Assembly: GCA_963843845.1 (NCBI GenBank)
Contig: CAWJMB010000002.1
Coordinates: forward strand, 3,008,001-3,072,000
Source of the DNA: an uncultured Gemmatimonadaceae bacterium
Lineage (GTDB): Bacteria > Gemmatimonadota > Gemmatimonadetes > Gemmatimonadales > Gemmatimonadaceae
Reading direction: 5' to 3'
DNA length: 64,000 nucleotides
The notes under the pieces are model-generated. The model was not told the origin of the DNA, ran no database searches, and was given only the letters and a program-made list of their open reading frames with translations. Positions 63,040-64,000 of this stretch are shown one piece after another (position 1 is the stretch's first letter; the number at the start of each line of letters is the position of its first letter). The translations under genes were made by a program, and so were the position numbers.

Positions 63040-63825
63040 ATGACGTTCCTGCCGCTCGTAATCGCCGTCCTCGGCGCGTCGACGTCGCTGCCGTCCTCGT
63101 CGGACAGCACCACGCCGCGCGTCCGTCCGACGACCCCCCCGCCTGTCGTCGCCACGGTCGCGACCGTGACCGGCGTCGCCCGCGACACGTCCGACGCCGC
63201 GGCGCCGGCCCGCTCGCTCGTCGCGCCAGCGACTGGCTTCGCGGCGATCGAGGTGCCGGCGCCGGTCGCCGAGCCCGCGGCCGCGCCGGCGGCCGCGATC
63301 GCGACAGCTGCGGTCGCGCCGACCGTCGTGCGATTCGACGACGGGCGCGTGCCGATGCCGGCGTGGGCGGTGGGAGCGCGGATGGGGCTCGTCCGCGCGA
63401 CGCACGCCGACAGCATCGTCGTCGAGAAGAGCGAGCACCGCATGTCGCTGTTCGCCGGCGGCGCGCGCGTCGGTACCTACCTCGTCGCGATCGGCAAGGG
63501 CGAGATGACGGCGAAGGTGCGCATGGGCGACAACCGGACCCCGGAAGGGCTGTACTACATCGACCGGCGGAACCCGAACAGCCGCTTTCACCTCGCGCTG
63601 CACGTCTCCTACCCGAACGCGGCCGACATCGCGCGTGCCAAGGCGCTCGGCGTCGCGACCGGCGGCGACATCATGATCCACGGCCTGCCGAACGGTCAGG
63701 GGTGGGTCGGCGGCGAGCATCGCAGCTACGACTGGACGAACGGCTGCGTCGCCGTCACCGACAAGGAGATCGAAGAGATCTGGCGCGCGGTCCCGGTGGG
63801 CACGCCGATCCGCATCCTGCCGTAA
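63040..63825 (+). CDS. L,D-transpeptidase (YkuD) family protein
   Basis: IVVEKSEHRM.L, GDNRTPEG.Y, LHVSYPN, GGDIMIHG, DWTNGCVAV; low-complexity N-terminus. Confidence 0.9.
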   Translation: MTFLPLVIAVLGASTSLPSSSDSTTPRVRPTTPPPVVATVATVTGVARDTSDAAAPARSLVAPATGFAAIEVPAPVAEPAAAPAAAIATAAVAPTVVRFDDGRVPMPAWAVGARMGLVRATHADSIVVEKSEHRMSLFAGGARVGTYLVAIGKGEMTAKVRMGDNRTPEGLYYIDRRNPNSRFHLALHVSYPNAADIARAKALGVATGGDIMIHGLPNGQGWVGGEHRSYDWTNGCVAVTDKEIEEIWRAVPVGTPIRILP

Positions 63826-63935
63826 CACAGCGCGTCGGCCGCATCGCCCGACGCGCCACCGATCATCTCCCTCGGCCTCTCGCGCTCGCGCGGGGGGCCG
63901 TTCTCGTTGTGCGATCACGCTGCCATCATTCGGCC

Positions 63936-64000
63936 ATGCGACCCTTCCCTCTGCTCACCCTGGCCGCGGCGCTCGCGCTGAGCGCCGCCGCCCTCCCGCG
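63936..64000 (+). CDS. 5' end of a secreted protein (truncated by the window)
   Basis: MRPFPLLTLAAALALSAAALP looks like a signal peptide. Confidence 0.5.
   Translation, partial: MRPFPLLTLAAALALSAAALP

Overview
A very GC-rich bacterial chromosomal window. Gene content and protein style suggest Gemmatimonadota, but this is inference only. It holds about 50 CDSs and no rRNA, tRNA, CRISPR array or intact transposase. In order: a type II secretion operon (gspH-I-J-K-L-M-C-D-E, running off the left edge), trpF, a fadN/thiolase pair, an ECF-sigma + Ser/Thr-kinase pair divergent from a DUF4105/Lnb-like acyltransferase coupled to a large Ig-repeat lipoprotein, TMEM175, a lipoprotein serpin, ispH, a TetR/ECF/CGNR/GNAT cluster, a cardiolipin synthase, a lipoprotein + PEP-CTERM pair, a DExH helicase, pfkA, M14 and EcxA-type peptidases, two tandem membrane kinases, lon, PBP1A, glutamine-dependent nadE and an L,D-transpeptidase. 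Many genes, including housekeeping ones, carry clustered 1-bp frameshifts that look like long-read assembly errors. The most interesting signals are: (1) the ECF/kinase - Lnb - Ig-lipoprotein module; (2) helically phased GAAC-N7 arrays and a long hairpin on both sides of lon; (3) an SF2 helicase whose motif Ia precedes Walker A; (4) -10 boxes 5-8 nt before ATG, implying leaderless mRNAs; (5) a structured low-GC intergenic element at 13.2-13.4 kb. All family assignments come from reading motifs by eye, not from database searches.
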